Below, piece by piece: positions 47,501 through 61,400 of a stretch of DNA of 64,000 bases. Position numbers and translations under genes: made by a program. Position 1 is the first letter of the stretch; every line of letters begins with the position of its first letter. The DNA is from Nemertoderma westbladi (lineage: Eukaryota > Animalia > Xenacoelomorpha), in contig JAUCBJ010000069.1 of assembly GCA_032718475.1 (NCBI GenBank), positions 62,001 through 126,000 of the forward strand, in the 5' to 3' direction. The notes beneath the pieces were generated by a model. That model was not told the origin of the DNA. It did not search any database and saw only the letters and a program-made list of their open reading frames with translations.

Positions 47501-50500
47501 CTAAAACCTCACTGTCACACGGCTACTCTATACAACACAAGGTGCTATTTAACCTAAAACCTCACTCCACAATGGCTACTCTATACAACACAAGGTTGCT
47601 ATTTAACCTAAAACCTCGCTGCCACAATGGCTACTCTATACAACACAAGGTGCTATTTAACCTAAAACCTCGCTGCCACAATGGCTACTCTATACAACAC
47701 AAGGTGCTATTTAACCTAAAACCTCACTGTCACACGGCTACTCTATACAACACAAGGTGCTATTTAACCTAAAACCTCGCTCCACAATGGCTACTCTATA
47801 CAACACAAGGTGCTATTTAACCTAAAACCTCTCTGCCACACGGCTACTCTATACAACACAAGGTGCTATTTAACCTAAAACCTCTCTGCCACACGGCTAC
47901 TCTATACAACACAAGGTGCTATTTAACCTAAAACCTCTCTGCCACACGGCTACTCTATACAACACAAGGTTGCTATTTAACCTAAAACCTCACTGTCACA
48001 CGGCTACTCTATACAACACAAGGTGCTATTTAACCTAAAACCTCGCTCCACAATGGCTACTCTATACAACACAAGGTTGCTATTTAACCTAAAACCTCGC
48101 TGTCACACGGCTACTCTATACAACACAAGGTTGCTATTTAACCTAAAACCTCTCTGCCACACGGCTACTCTATACAACACAAGGTGCTATTTAACCTAAA
48201 ACCTCGCTCCACAATGTCTACTCTATACAACACAAGGTTGCTATTTAACCTAAAACCTCGCTGCCACACGGCTACTCTATACAACACAAGGTTGCTATTT
48301 AACCTAAAACCTCGCTCCACAATGGCTACTCTATACAACACAAGGTGCTATTTAACCTAAAACCTCGCTCTCACACGGCTACTCTATACAACACAAGGTT
48401 GCTATTTAACCTAAAACCTCACTGTCACACGGCTACTCTATACAACACAAGGTTGCTATTTAACCTAAAACCTCACTGCCACACGGCTACTCTATACAAC
48501 ACAAGGTTGCTATTTAACCTAAAACCTCGCTCCACAATGGCTACTCTATACAACACAAGGTGCTATTTAACCTAAAACCTCGCTCCACAATGGCTACTCT
48601 ACAACACAAGGTGCTATTTAACCTAAAACCTCGCTGCCACACGGCTACTCTATACAACACAAGGTTGCTATTTAACCTAAAACCTCGCTGCCACACGGCT
48701 ACTCTATACAACACAAGGTGCTATTTAACCTAAAACCTCGCTCTCACACGGCTACTCTATACAACACAAGGTTGCTATTTAACCTAAAACCTCACTGTCA
48801 CACGGCTACTCTATACAACACAAGGTGCTATTTAACCTAAAACCTCGCTCCACAATGGCTACTCTATACAACACAAGGTTGCTATTTAACCTAAAACCTC
48901 ACTGCCACACGGCTACTCTATACAACACAAGGTTGCTATTTAACCTAAAACCTCGCTCCACAATGGCTACTCTATACAACACAAGGTGCTATTTAACCTA
49001 AAACCTCACTGTCACACGGCTACTCTATACAACACAAGGTTGCTATTTAACCTAAAACCTCACTGCCACACGGCTACTCTATACAACACAAGGTTGCTAT
49101 TTAACCTAAAACCTCGCTCCACAATGGCTACTCTATACAACACAAGGTGCTATTTAACCTAAAACCTCACTGTCACACGGCTACTCTACAACACAAGGTG
49201 CTATTTAACCTAAAACCTCACTGCCACACGGCTACTCTAAACAACACAAGGTTGCTATTTAACCTAAAACCTCGCTGTCACACGGCTACTCTATACAACA
49301 CAAGGTTGCTATTTAACCTAAAACCTCGCTCCCACACGGCTACTCTATACAACACAAGGTTGCTATTTAACCTAAAACCTCGCTCCACAATGGCTACTCT
49401 ATACAACACAAGGTGCTATTTAACCTAAAACCTCGCTGCCACACGGCTACTCTACAACACAAGGTTGCTATTTAACCTAAAACCTCGCTGTCACACGGCT
49501 ACTCTATACAACACAAGGTTGCTATTTAACCTAAAACCTCGCTCCCACACGGCTACTCTATACAACACAAGGTTGCTATTTAACCTAAAACCTCGCTCCA
49601 CAATGGCTACTCTATACAACACAAGGTGCTATTTAACCTAAAACCTCGCTCCACAATGGCTACTCTATACAACACAAGGTGCTATTTAACCTAAAACCTC
49701 ACTGCCACACGGCTACTCTATACAACACAAGGTTGCTATTTAACCTAAAACCTCGCTCCACAATGGCTACTCTATACAACACAAGGTGCTATTTAACCTA
49801 AAACCTCGCTCCACAATGGCTACTCTACAACACAAGGTTGCTATTTAACCTAAAACCTCGCTCTCACACGGCTACTCTACAACACAAGGTGCTATTTAAC
49901 CTAAAACCTCACTGTCACACGGCTACTCTATACAACACAAGGTGCTATTTAACCTAAAACCTCGCTCTCACACGGCTACTCTATACAACACAAGGTGCTA
50001 TTTAACCTAAAACCTCGCTCCACAATGGCTACTCTATACAACACAAGGTGCTATTTAACCTAAAACCTCGCTCTCACACGGCTACTCTATACAACACAAG
50101 GTGCTATTTAACCTAAAACCTCGCTCCACAATGGCTACTCTACAACACAAGGTTGCTATTTAACCTAAAACCTCGCTCTCACACGGCTACTCTACAACAC
50201 AAGGTGCTATTTAACCTAAAACCTCACTGTCACACGGCTACTCTATACAACACAAGGTTGCTATTTAACCTAAAACCTCGCTCCACAATGGCTACTCTAT
50301 ACAACACAAGGTTCTATTTAACCTAAAACCTCGCTGTCACACGGCTACTCTATACAACACAAGGTTGCTATTTAACCTAAAACCTCGCTCCACAATGGCT
50401 ACTCTATACAACACAAGGTGCTATTTAACCTAAAACCTCGCTCCACAATGGCTACTCTACAACACAAGGTTGCTATTTAACCTAAAACCTCGCTGCCACA

Positions 50501-53500
50501 CGGCTACTCTATACAACACAAGGTTGCTATTTAACCTAAAACCTCGCTCCACAATGGCTACTCTATACAACACAAGGTGCTATTTAACCTAAAACCTCGC
50601 TCCACAATGGCTACTCTACAACACAAGGTTGCTATTTAACCTAAAACCTCACTGTCACCCGGCTACTCTACAACACAAGGTTGCTATTTAACCTAAAACC
50701 TCACTGCCACACGGCTACTCTATACAACACAAGGTTGCTATTTAACCTAAAACCTCGCTGCCACACGGCTACTCTACACAACACAAGGTTGCTATTTAAC
50801 CTAAAACCTCACTGCCACACGGCTACTCTATACAACACAAGGTTGCTATTTAACCTAAAACCTCACTGCCACACGGCTACTCTATACAACACAAGGTTGC
50901 TATTTAACCTAAAACCTCACTGCCACACGGCTACTCTATACAACACAAGGTTGCTATTTAACCTAAAACCTCACTGCCACACGGCTACTCTATACAACAC
51001 AAGGTTGCTATTTAACCTAAAACCTCACTGCCACACGGCTACTCTATACAACACAAGGTTGCTATTTAACCTAAAACCTCACTGCCACACGGCTACTCTA
51101 TACAACACAAGGTTGCTATTTAACCTAAAACCTCACTGCCACACGGCTACTCTATACAACACAAGGTTGCTATTTAACCTAAAACCTCACTGTCACACGG
51201 CTACTCTATACAACACAAGGTTGCTATTTAACCTAAAACCTCGCTGCCACACGGCTACTCTATACAACACAAGGTTGCTATTTAACCTAAAACCTCGCTC
51301 TCACACGGCTACTCTATACAACACAAGGTTGCTATTTAACCTAAAACCTCGCTGCCACACGGCTACTCTATACAACACAAGGTGCTATTTAACCTAAAAC
51401 CTCGCTGTCACACGGCTACTCTATACAACACAAGGTGTTATTTAACCTAAAACCTCACTGCCACACGGCTACTCTATACAACACAAGGTGCTATTTAACC
51501 TAAAACCTCGCTCCACAATGGCTACTCTATACAACACAAGGTTGCTATTTAACCTAAAACCTCGCTCCACAATGGCTACTCTATACAACACAAGGTTGCT
51601 ATTTAACCTAAAACCTCGCTCCACAATGGCTACTCTACAACACAAGGTGCTATTTAACCTAAAACCTCGCTCCACAATGGCTACTCTACAACACAAGGTG
51701 CTATTTAACCTAAAACCTCACTGTCACACGGCTACTCTACAACACAAGGTGCTATTTAACCTAAAACCTCACTGTCACACGGCTACTCTATACAACACAA
51801 GGTTGCTATTTAACCTAAAACCTCGCTCCACAATGGCTACTCTATACAACACAAGGTTGCTATTTAACCTAAAACCTCGCTCCACAATGGCTACTCTATA
51901 CAACACAAGGTGCTATTTAACCTAAAACCTCGCTCCACAATGGCTACTCTACAACACAAGGTGCTATTTAACCTAAAACCTCGCTCCACAATGGCTACTC
52001 TACAACACAAGGTGCTATTTAACCTAAAACCTCACTGTCACACGGCTACTCTACAACACAAGGTGCTATTTAACCTAAAACCTCACTGTCACACGGCTAC
52101 TCTACAACACAAGGTGCTATTTAACCTAAAACCTCACTGTCACACGGCTACTCTCTACAACACAAGGTTGCTATTTAACCTAAAACCTCGCTGCCACACG
52201 GCTACTCTACAACACAAGGTGCTATTTAACCTAAAACCTCGCTGTCACACGGCTACTCTATACAACACAAGGTTGCTATTTAACCTAAAACCTCACTGTC
52301 ACACGGCTACTCTATACAACACAAGGTGCTATTTAACCTAAAACCTCGCTCCACAATGGCTACTCTACAACACAAGGTTGCTATTTAACCTAAAACCTCG
52401 CTGTCACACGGCTACTCTATACAACACAAGGTGCTATTTAACCTAAAACCTCGCTCTCACATGGCTACTCTATACAACACAAGGTGCTATTTAACCTAAA
52501 ACCTCGCTCTCACACGGCTACTCTACAACACAAGGTTGCTATTTAACCTAAAACCCCGCTCTCACACGGCTACTCTACAACACAAGGTGCTATTTAACCT
52601 AAAACCTCGCTCCACAATGGCTACTCTACAACACAAGGTGCTATTTAACCTAAAACCTCACTGTCACACGGCTACTCTATACAACACAAGGTTGCTATTT
52701 AACCTAAAACCTCACTGTCACACGGCTACTCTATACAACACAAGGTTGCTATTTAACCTAAAACCTCGCTGCCACACGGCTACTCTATACAACACAAGGT
52801 TGCTATTTAACCTAAAACCTCGCTCCACAATGGCTACTCTATACAACACAAGGTGCTATTTAACCTAAAACCTCGCTCCACAATGGCTACTCTACAACAC
52901 AAGGTTGCTATTTAACCTAAAACCTCGCTCCACAATGGCTACTCTATACAACACAAGGTGCTATTTAACCTAAAACCTCGCTGCCACACGGCTACTCTAT
53001 ACAACACAAGGTTGCTATTTAACCTAAAACCTCGCTGTCACACGGCTACTCTATACAACACAAGGTGCTATTTAACCTAAAACCTCGCTGCCACACGGCT
53101 ACTCTACAACACAAGGTGCTATTTAACCTAAAACCTCGCTCCACAATGGCTATTCTACAACACAAGGTTGCTATTTAACCTAAAACCTCGCTCCACAATG
53201 GCTACTCTATACAACACAAGGTGCTATTTAACCTAAAACCTCGCTCCACAATGGCTACTCTACAACACAAGGTTGCTATTTAACCTAAAACCCCGCTCTC
53301 ACACGGCTACTCTATACAACACAAGGTGCTATTTAACCTAAAACCCCGCTCTCACACGGCTACTCTACAACACAAGGTGCTATTTAACCTAAAACCTCAC
53401 TGTCACACGGCTACTCTATACAACACAAGGTTGCTATTTAACCTAAAACCTCGCTCCACAATGGCTACTCTATACAACACAAGGTGCTATTTAACCTAAA

Positions 53501-56500
53501 ACCTCGCTCTCACACGGCTACTCTACAACACAAGGTGCTATTTAACCTAAAACCTCACTGTCACACGGCTACTCTATACAACACAAGGTTGCTATTTAAC
53601 CTAAAACCTCGCTCCACAATGGCTACTCTATACAACACAAGGTGCTATTTAACCTAAAACCTCGCTCTCACACGGCTACTCTACAACACAAGGTGCTATT
53701 TAACCTAAAACCCCGCTCTCACACGGCTACTCTACAACACAAGGTGCTATTTAACCTAAAACCTCACTGTCACACGGCTACTCTATACAACACAAGGTTG
53801 CTATTTAACCTAAAACCTCGCTCCACAATGGCTACTCTATACAACACAAGGTGCTATTTAACCTAAAACCTCGCTCCACAATGGCTACTCTACAACACAA
53901 GGTTGCTATTTAACCTAAAACCTCGCTCCACAATGGCTACTCTATACAACACAAGGTGCTATTTAACCTAAAACCTCGCTCCACAATGGCTACTCTACAA
54001 CACAAGGTTGCTATTTAACCTAAAACCCCGCTCTCACACGGCTACTCTACAACACAAGGTGCTATTTAACCTAAAACCTCACTGTCACACGGCTACTCTA
54101 TACAACACAAGGTTGCTATTTAACCTAAAACCTCGCTCCACAATGGCTACTCTACAACACAAGGTTGCTATTTAACCTAAAACCTCGCTCTCACACGGCT
54201 ACTCTACAACACAAGGTGCTATTTAACCTAAAACCTCACTGTCACACGGCTACTCTATACAACACAAGGTTGCTATTTAACCTAAAACCTCGCTCCACAA
54301 TGGCTACTCTACAACACAAGGTGCTATTTAACCTAAAACCTTGCTCCACAATGGCTACTCTATACAACACAAGGTTGCTATTTAACCTAAAACCTCGCTC
54401 TCACACGGCTACTCTATACAACACAATGTTGCTATTTAACCTAAAACCTCACTGTCACACGGCTACTCTATACAACACAAGGTGCTATTTAACCTAAAAC
54501 CTCGCTGTCACACGGCTACTCTATACAACACAAGGTGCTATTTAACCTAAAACCTCGCTGCCACACGGCTACTCTATACAACACAAGGTTGCTATTTAAC
54601 CTAAAACCTCACTGCCACACGGCTACTCTATACAACACAAGGTGCTATTTAACCTAAAACCTCGCTCCACAATGGCTACTCTACAACACAAGGTTGCTAT
54701 TTAACCTAAAACCTCGCTGTCACACGGCTACTCTATACAACACAAGGTTGCTATTTAACCTAAAACCTCACTGTCACACGGCTACTCTATACAACACAAG
54801 GTTGCTATTTAACCTAAAACCTCGCTCTCACACGGCTACTCTACAACACAAGGTGCTATTTAACCTAAAACCTCACTGTCACACGGCTACTCTATACAAC
54901 ACAAGGTTGCTATTTAACCTAAAACCTCGCTCCACAATGGCTACTCTATACAACACAAGGTGCTATTTAACCTAAAACCTCGCTCCACAATGGCTACTCT
55001 ATACAACACAAGGTGCTATTTAACCTAAAACCTCGCTCTCACACGGCTACTCTATACAACACAAGGTGCTATTTAACCTAAAACCTCGCTCCACAATGGC
55101 TACTCTACAACACAAGGTTGCTATTTAACCTAAAACCCCGCTCCACAATGGCTACTCTATACAACACAAGGTGCTATTTAACCTAAAACCTCGCTCTCAC
55201 ACGGCTACTCTACAACACAAGGTGCTATTTAACCTAAAACCTCACTGTCACACGGCTACTCTATACAACACAAGGTTGCTATTTAACCTAAAACCTCGCT
55301 CCACAATGGCTACTCTATACAACACAAGGTTGCTATTTAACCTAAAACCTCGCTCCACAATGGCTACTCTATACAACACAAGGTGCTATTTAACCTAAAA
55401 CCTCGCTCTCACACGGCTACTCTATACAACACAAGGTTGCTATTTAACCTAAAACCTCGCTCCACAATGGCTACTCTATACAACACAAGGTGCTATTTAA
55501 CCTAAAACCTCGCTCTCACACGGCTACTCTATACAACACAAGGTGCTATTTAACCTAAAACCTCGCTCTCACACGGCTACTCTCTACAACACAAGGTTGC
55601 TATTTAACCTAAAACCTCACTGTCACACGGCTACTCTATACAACACAAGGTGCTATTTAACCTAAAACCTCGCTGCCACACGGCTACTCTATACAACACA
55701 AGGTGCTATTTAACCTAAAACCTCGCTCTCACACGGCTACTCTATACAACACAAGGTTGCTATTTAACCTAAAACCTCACTGTCACACGGCTACTCTATA
55801 CAACACAAGGTGCTATTTAACCTAAAACCTCGCTCCACAATGGCTACTCTATACAACACAAGGTGCTATTTAACCTAAAACCTCGCTGTCACACGGCTAC
55901 TCTATACAACACAAGGTTGCTATTTAACCTAAAACCTCGCTGTCACACGGCTACTCTATACAACACAAGGTTGCTATTTAACCTAAAACCTCGCTCTCAC
56001 ACGGCTACTCTATACAACACAAGGTTGCTATTTAACCTAAAACCTCACTGTCACACGGCTACTCTATACAACACAAGGTGCTATTTAACCTAAAACCTCG
56101 CTCCACAATGGCTACTCTATACAACACAAGGTTGCTATTTAACCTAAAACCTCGCTCTCACACGGCTACTCTATACAACACAAGGTTGCTATTTAACCTA
56201 AAACCTCACTGTCACACGGCTACTCTATACAACACAAGGTTGCTATTTAACCTAAAACCTCGCTGTCATACGGCTACTCTATACAACACAAGGTTGCTAT
56301 TTAACCTAAAACCTCGCTGTCATACGGCTACTCTATACAACACAAGGTTGCTATTTAACCTAAAACCTCGCTCTCACACGGCTACTCTATACAACACAAG
56401 GTGCTATTTAACCTAAAACCTCGCTCTCACACGGCTACTCTATACAACACAAGGTGCTATTTAACCTAAAACCTCGCTCTCACACGGCTACTCTATACAA

Positions 56501-56829
56501 CACAAGGTGCTATTTAACCTAAAACCTCGCTGCCACACGGCTACTCTATACAACACAAGGTTGCTATTTAACCTAAAACCTCACTGTCACACGGCTACTC
56601 TATACAACACAAGGTGCTATTTAACCTAAAACCTCACTGTCACACGGCTACTCTATACAACACAAGGTGCTATTTAACCTAAAACCTCACTGCCACACGG
56701 CTACTCTACAACACAAGGTGCTATTTAACCTAAAACCTCGCTCTCACACGGCTACTCTATACAACACAAGGTTGCTATTTAACCTAAAACCTCACTGTCA
56801 CACGGCTACTCTATACAACACAAGGTGCT

Positions 56830-57540
56830 ATTTAACCTAAAACCTCACTGTCACACGGCTACTCTATACAACACAAGGTGCTATTTAACCTAAAACCTCG
56901 CTCTCACACGGCTACTCTATACAACACAAGGTGCTATTTAACCTAAAACCTCGCTCTCACACGGCTACTCTATACAACACAAGGTTGCTATTTAACCTAA
57001 AACCTCACTGTCACACGGCTACTCTATACAACACAAGGTGCTATTTAACCTAAAACCTCGCTCTCACACGGCTACTCTATACAACACAAGGTGCTATTTA
57101 ACCTAAAACCTCGCTCTCACACGGCTACTCTATACAACACAAGGTTGCTATTTAACCTAAAACCTCACTGTCACACGGCTACTCTATACAACACAAGGTG
57201 CTATTTAACCTAAAACCTCGCTCTCACACGGCTACTCTATACAACACAAGGTGCTATTTAACCTAAAACCTCGCTCTCACACGGCTACTCTATACAACAC
57301 AAGGTTGCTATTTAACCTAAAACCTCACTGTCACACGGCTACTCTATACAACACAAGGTGCTATTTAACCTAAAACCTCGCTCTCACACGGCTACTCTAT
57401 ACAACACAAGGTGCTATTTAACCTAAAACCTCGCTCTCACACGGCTACTCTATACAACACAAGGTTGCTATTTAACCTAAAACCTCACTGTCACACGGCT
57501 ACTCTATACAACACAAGGTGCTATTTAACCTAAAACCTCG
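56830..57540 (+). repeat. 160-bp trimeric higher-order repeat, about 4 copies
   Basis: Identical CGCTCTC / CGCTCTC+T / CACTGTC trimers start at 56881, 57041, 57201 and 57361. Confidence 0.85.
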
Positions 57541-58293
57541 CTCCACAATGGCTACTCTATACAACACAAGGTTGCTATTTAACCTAAAACCTCACTGTCA
57601 CACGGCTACTCTATACAACACAAGGTTCTATTTCACCTAAAACCTCGCTCCACAATGGCTACTCTACAACACAAGGTGCTATTTAACCTAAAACCTCGCT
57701 GTCACACGGCTACTCTATACAACACAAGGTTGCTATTTAACCTAAAACCTCACTGTCACACGGCTACTCTATACAACACAAGGTGCTATTTAACCTAAAA
57801 CCTCGCTCCACAATGGCTACTCTACAACACAAGGTTGCTATTTAACCTAAAACCTCGCTGTCACACGGCTACTCTATACAACACAAGGTGCTATTTAACC
57901 TAAAACATCGCTCTCACACGGCTACTCTATACAACACAAGGTGCTATTTAACCTATAACCTCGCTGTCACACGGCTACTCTATACAACACAAGGTGCTAT
58001 TTAACCTATAACCTCACTGTCACACGGCTACTCTATACAACACAAGGTGCTATTTAACCTAAAACCTCGCTCCACAATGGCTACTCTACAACACAAGGTT
58101 GCTATTTAACCTAAAACCTCGCTGTCACACGGCTACTCTATACAACACAAGGTTGCTATTTAACCTAAAACCTCGCTCCACAATGGCTACTCTATACAAC
58201 ACAAGGTGCTATTTAACCTAAAACCTCACTGCCACACGGCTACTCTATACAACACAAGGTTGCTATTTAACCTAAAACCTCGCTCCACAATGG

Positions 58294-58338
58294 CCGTAAT
58301 CCGTAAACCGTAATCCGTAACCAGATCCTAAACCGTAG
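58294..58338 (+). repeat. Short degenerate telomere-like repeat tract (CCGTAA-based) at the array junction
   Basis: CCGTAAT CCGTAAA CCGTAAT CCGTAA CCAGAT CCTAAA CCGTAG is read directly. CCGTAA is one mismatch from CCCTAA and is on the same C-rich strand as the satellite. Confidence 0.75.
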
Positions 58339-58463
58339 CAGTTAATTGCCTGTATCAACCACCCTACTTGTAACAAAGTTGTAGTTAATTAATTAATTCT
58401 GCTGGACTGCTGACCGGTATATATTGTAAATATAACTTGCACTTTACTGCATTGTCAAAGACA
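58339..58463 (+). promoter_or_regulatory. Putative 5' leader / core promoter of the long ORF
   Basis: AT-rich 125 bp with Inr-like CAGTT at 58339, TTAATTAATTAA at 58385-58396, TATATA at 58418-58423 and an in-frame stop TAA at 58386. The ATG context is AAGACAATG (A at -3). The motifs are short and could be chance. Confidence 0.3.
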
Positions 58464-61400
58464 ATGCCTGTGTGTCGCACCCCGCCACGACCACCCCATA
58501 CTCGCAGCAAAGGACCCGCGCCATCTCTCCCAACTAATGGAGGCGGACGGATTACAATGACGACGAAGAATACTGGTGGATCAGAATCGAAAAATTCATC
58601 CGATCCTGGGTTCACAAATGTCGCCGATTCTAAGTCCATAACCCATGACAGATGCGGTGCAATGACAACTAATCCTATCGACTTCCGGTCGATTAATCCC
58701 GCCGAGACTGGGCCGATAAATCCCGCCGATTCTGGGTTAACGAACCACAACAGATGCGGTGCAACGACGACTAATCCTATCTACTTCCGGTCGATTAATC
58801 CCGCCGAGTCTGGGCCGATAAATCCCACCGAGTCCGGGCCAATAAATACCGCCGATTCTGGGTTAACAAACAACGATAGATGCGGTACAACGACGACTAA
58901 TCCTATCGACTTCCGGTCTATTAATCCCGCCGAGTCTGGGCCGATAAATCCCACTGAGTCTGGGCCAATAAATACCGCCGATTCTGGGTTAACAAACAAC
59001 GATAGATGCGGTGCAGCGACGACTAATCCTATTGACTTCCGGTCGATTAATCCCGCTGAGACTGGGCCGATAAATCCCGCCGAGACTGGGCCGATAAATC
59101 CCGCCGAGACTGGGCCGATAAATCCCGCCGAGTCTGGGTCAATAAATACCGCCGATTCTGGGTTAACGAACCACAACAGATGCGGTGCAACGACAACTAA
59201 TCCTATCGACTTCCGGTCGATTAATCCCGCCGAGACTGGGCCGATAAATCCCGCCGAGACTGGGCCAATAAATACCGCCGATTCTGGGTTAACGAACCAC
59301 AACAGATGCGGTGCAACGACGACTAATCCTATCTACTTCCGGTCGATTAATCCCGCCGAGTCTGGGCCGATAAATCCCACCGAGTCTGGGCCAATAAATA
59401 CCGCCGATTCTGGGTTAACAAACAACGATAGATGCGGTACAACGACGACTAATCCTATTGACTTCCGGTCTATTAATCCCGCCGAGTCTGGGCCGATAAA
59501 TCCCACCGAGTCTGGGCCAATAAATACCGCCGATTCTGGGTTAACAAACAACGATAGATGCGGTGCAACGACGACTAATCCTATTGACTTCCGGTCTATT
59601 AATCCCGCCGAGTCTGGGCCGATAAATCCCACCGAGTCTGGGCCAATAAATACCGCCGATTCTGGGTTAACAAACAACGATAGATGCGGTACAACGACGA
59701 CTAATCCTATTGACTTCCGGTCTATTAATCCCGCCGAGTCTGGGCCGATAAATCCCACCGAGTCTGGGCCAATAAATACCGCCGATTCTGGGTTAACAAA
59801 CAACGATAGATGCGGTGCAACGACGACTAATCCTATTGACTTCCGGTCTATTAATCCCGCCGAGTCTGGGCCGATAAATCCCACCGAGTCTGGGCCAATA
59901 AATACCGCCGATTCTGGGTTAACAAACAACAATAGATGCGGTGCAACGACGACTAATCCTATTGATTTCCGGTCGATTAATCCCGCTGAGACTGGGCCGA
60001 TAAATCCCGCCGAGACTGGGCCGATAAATCCCGCCGAGACTGGGCCGATAAATCCCGCCGAGTCTGGGTCAATAAATACCGCCGATTCTGGGTTAACGAA
60101 CCACAACAGATGCGGTGCAACGACAACTAATCCTATCGACTTCCGGTCGATTAATCCCGCCGAGACTGGGCCGATAAATCCCGCCGAGTCTGGGCCAATA
60201 AATACCGCCGATTCTGGGTTAATGAACCACAACAGATGCGGTGCAACGACGACTAATCCTATCGACTTCCGGTCTATTAATCCCGCCGAGTCTGGGCCGA
60301 TAAATCCCGCCGAGTCTGGGCCGATAAATACCGCCGATTCTGGGTTAACAAACAACGACAGATGCGGTGCAACAACGATTAATTCGGTCGATTTCCGAGG
60401 GACAAATCCCGCCGAGTCTGGGCCGATAAGTCTCGCCGAGTCTGGGCCAATAAACACCGCCGATTCTGGGTTAACAAACAACGATAGATGCGGTACAACG
60501 ACGACTAATCCTATTGACTTCCGGTCTATTAATCCCGCCGAGTCTGGGCCGATAAATCCCACCGAGTCTGGGCCAATAAATACCGCCGATTCTGGGTTAA
60601 CAAACAACGATAGATGCGGTGCAACGACGACTAATCCTATTGACTTCCGGTCTATTAATCCCGCCGAGTCTGGGCCGATAAATCCCACCGAGTCTGGGCC
60701 AATAAATACCGCCGATTCTGGGTTAACAAACAACGATAGATGCGGTACAACGACGACTAATCCTATTGACTTCCGGTCTATTAATCCCGCCGAGTCTGGG
60801 CCGATAAATCCCACCGAGTCTGGGCCAATAAATACCGCCGATTCTGGGTTAACAAACAACGATAGATGCGGTGCAACGACGACTAATCCTATTGACTTCC
60901 GGTCTATTAATCCCGCCGAGTCTGGGCCGATAAATCCCACCGAGTCTGGGCCAATAAATACCGCCGATTCTGGGTTAACAAACAACGATAGATGCGGTGC
61001 AACGACGACTAATCCTATTGATTTCCGGTCGATTAATCCCGCTGAGACTGGGCCGATAAATCCCGCCGAGACTGGGCCGATAAATCCCGCCGAGACTGGG
61101 CCGATAAATCCCGCCGAGTCTGGGTCAATAAATACCGCCGATTCTGGGTTAACGAACCACAACAGATGCGGTGCAACGACAACTAATCCTATCGACTTCC
61201 AGTCGATTAATCCCGCCGAGACTGGGCCGATAAATCCCGCCGAGTCTGGGCCAATAAATACCGCCGATTCTGGGTTAATGAACCACAACAGATGCGGTGC
61301 AACGACGACTAATCCTATCGACTTCCGGTCTATTAATCCCGCCGAGTCTGGGCCGATAAATCCCGCCGAGTCTGGGCCGATAAATACCGCCGATTCTGGG

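Larger units (their letters stand above)
1..58294 (+). repeat. Tandem satellite array of a 51-54 bp monomer (53 bp consensus), about 1,100 copies, telomere-like strand bias; truncated by the window start
   Basis: Read directly. The monomer GGT(T)GCTATTTAACCTAAAACCTC[A/G]CT[G/C][C/T]CACACGGCTACTCT(AT)ACAACACAA, with alternative cassette CGCTCCACAATGG, repeats head-to-tail with no insertion or inversion that I could see. Consensus composition on + is A18 C17 T12 G6. Copy number is estimated as 58294/~53. Confidence 0.99.

Noticed and set aside
8132-56416. Dozens of ORFs of type MLFNLKP(H/R)CHTATLYNTR on + and their antisense versions, including the 238-aa ORF at 50681-51397
   Set aside because: They arise whenever 54- and 51-bp monomers (multiples of 3) run consecutively. 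They start at GTG/TTG, and 52/53-bp monomers break the frame constantly. There is no evidence of coding selection.
1-58294. CRISPR-like appearance (constant repeat plus variable segment)
   Set aside because: The variable segment is only ~11 bp, takes a handful of closely related recurring alleles rather than unique spacers, and no cas genes are present.
58339-58463. Possible hammerhead ribozyme or hairpin in the leader, as in Penelope-like/Terminon elements
   Set aside because: No CTGANGA...GAAA core was found (only CTGACCG). The CTAC...GTAG and TTAATTAATTAA symmetries are too short to support a structure.
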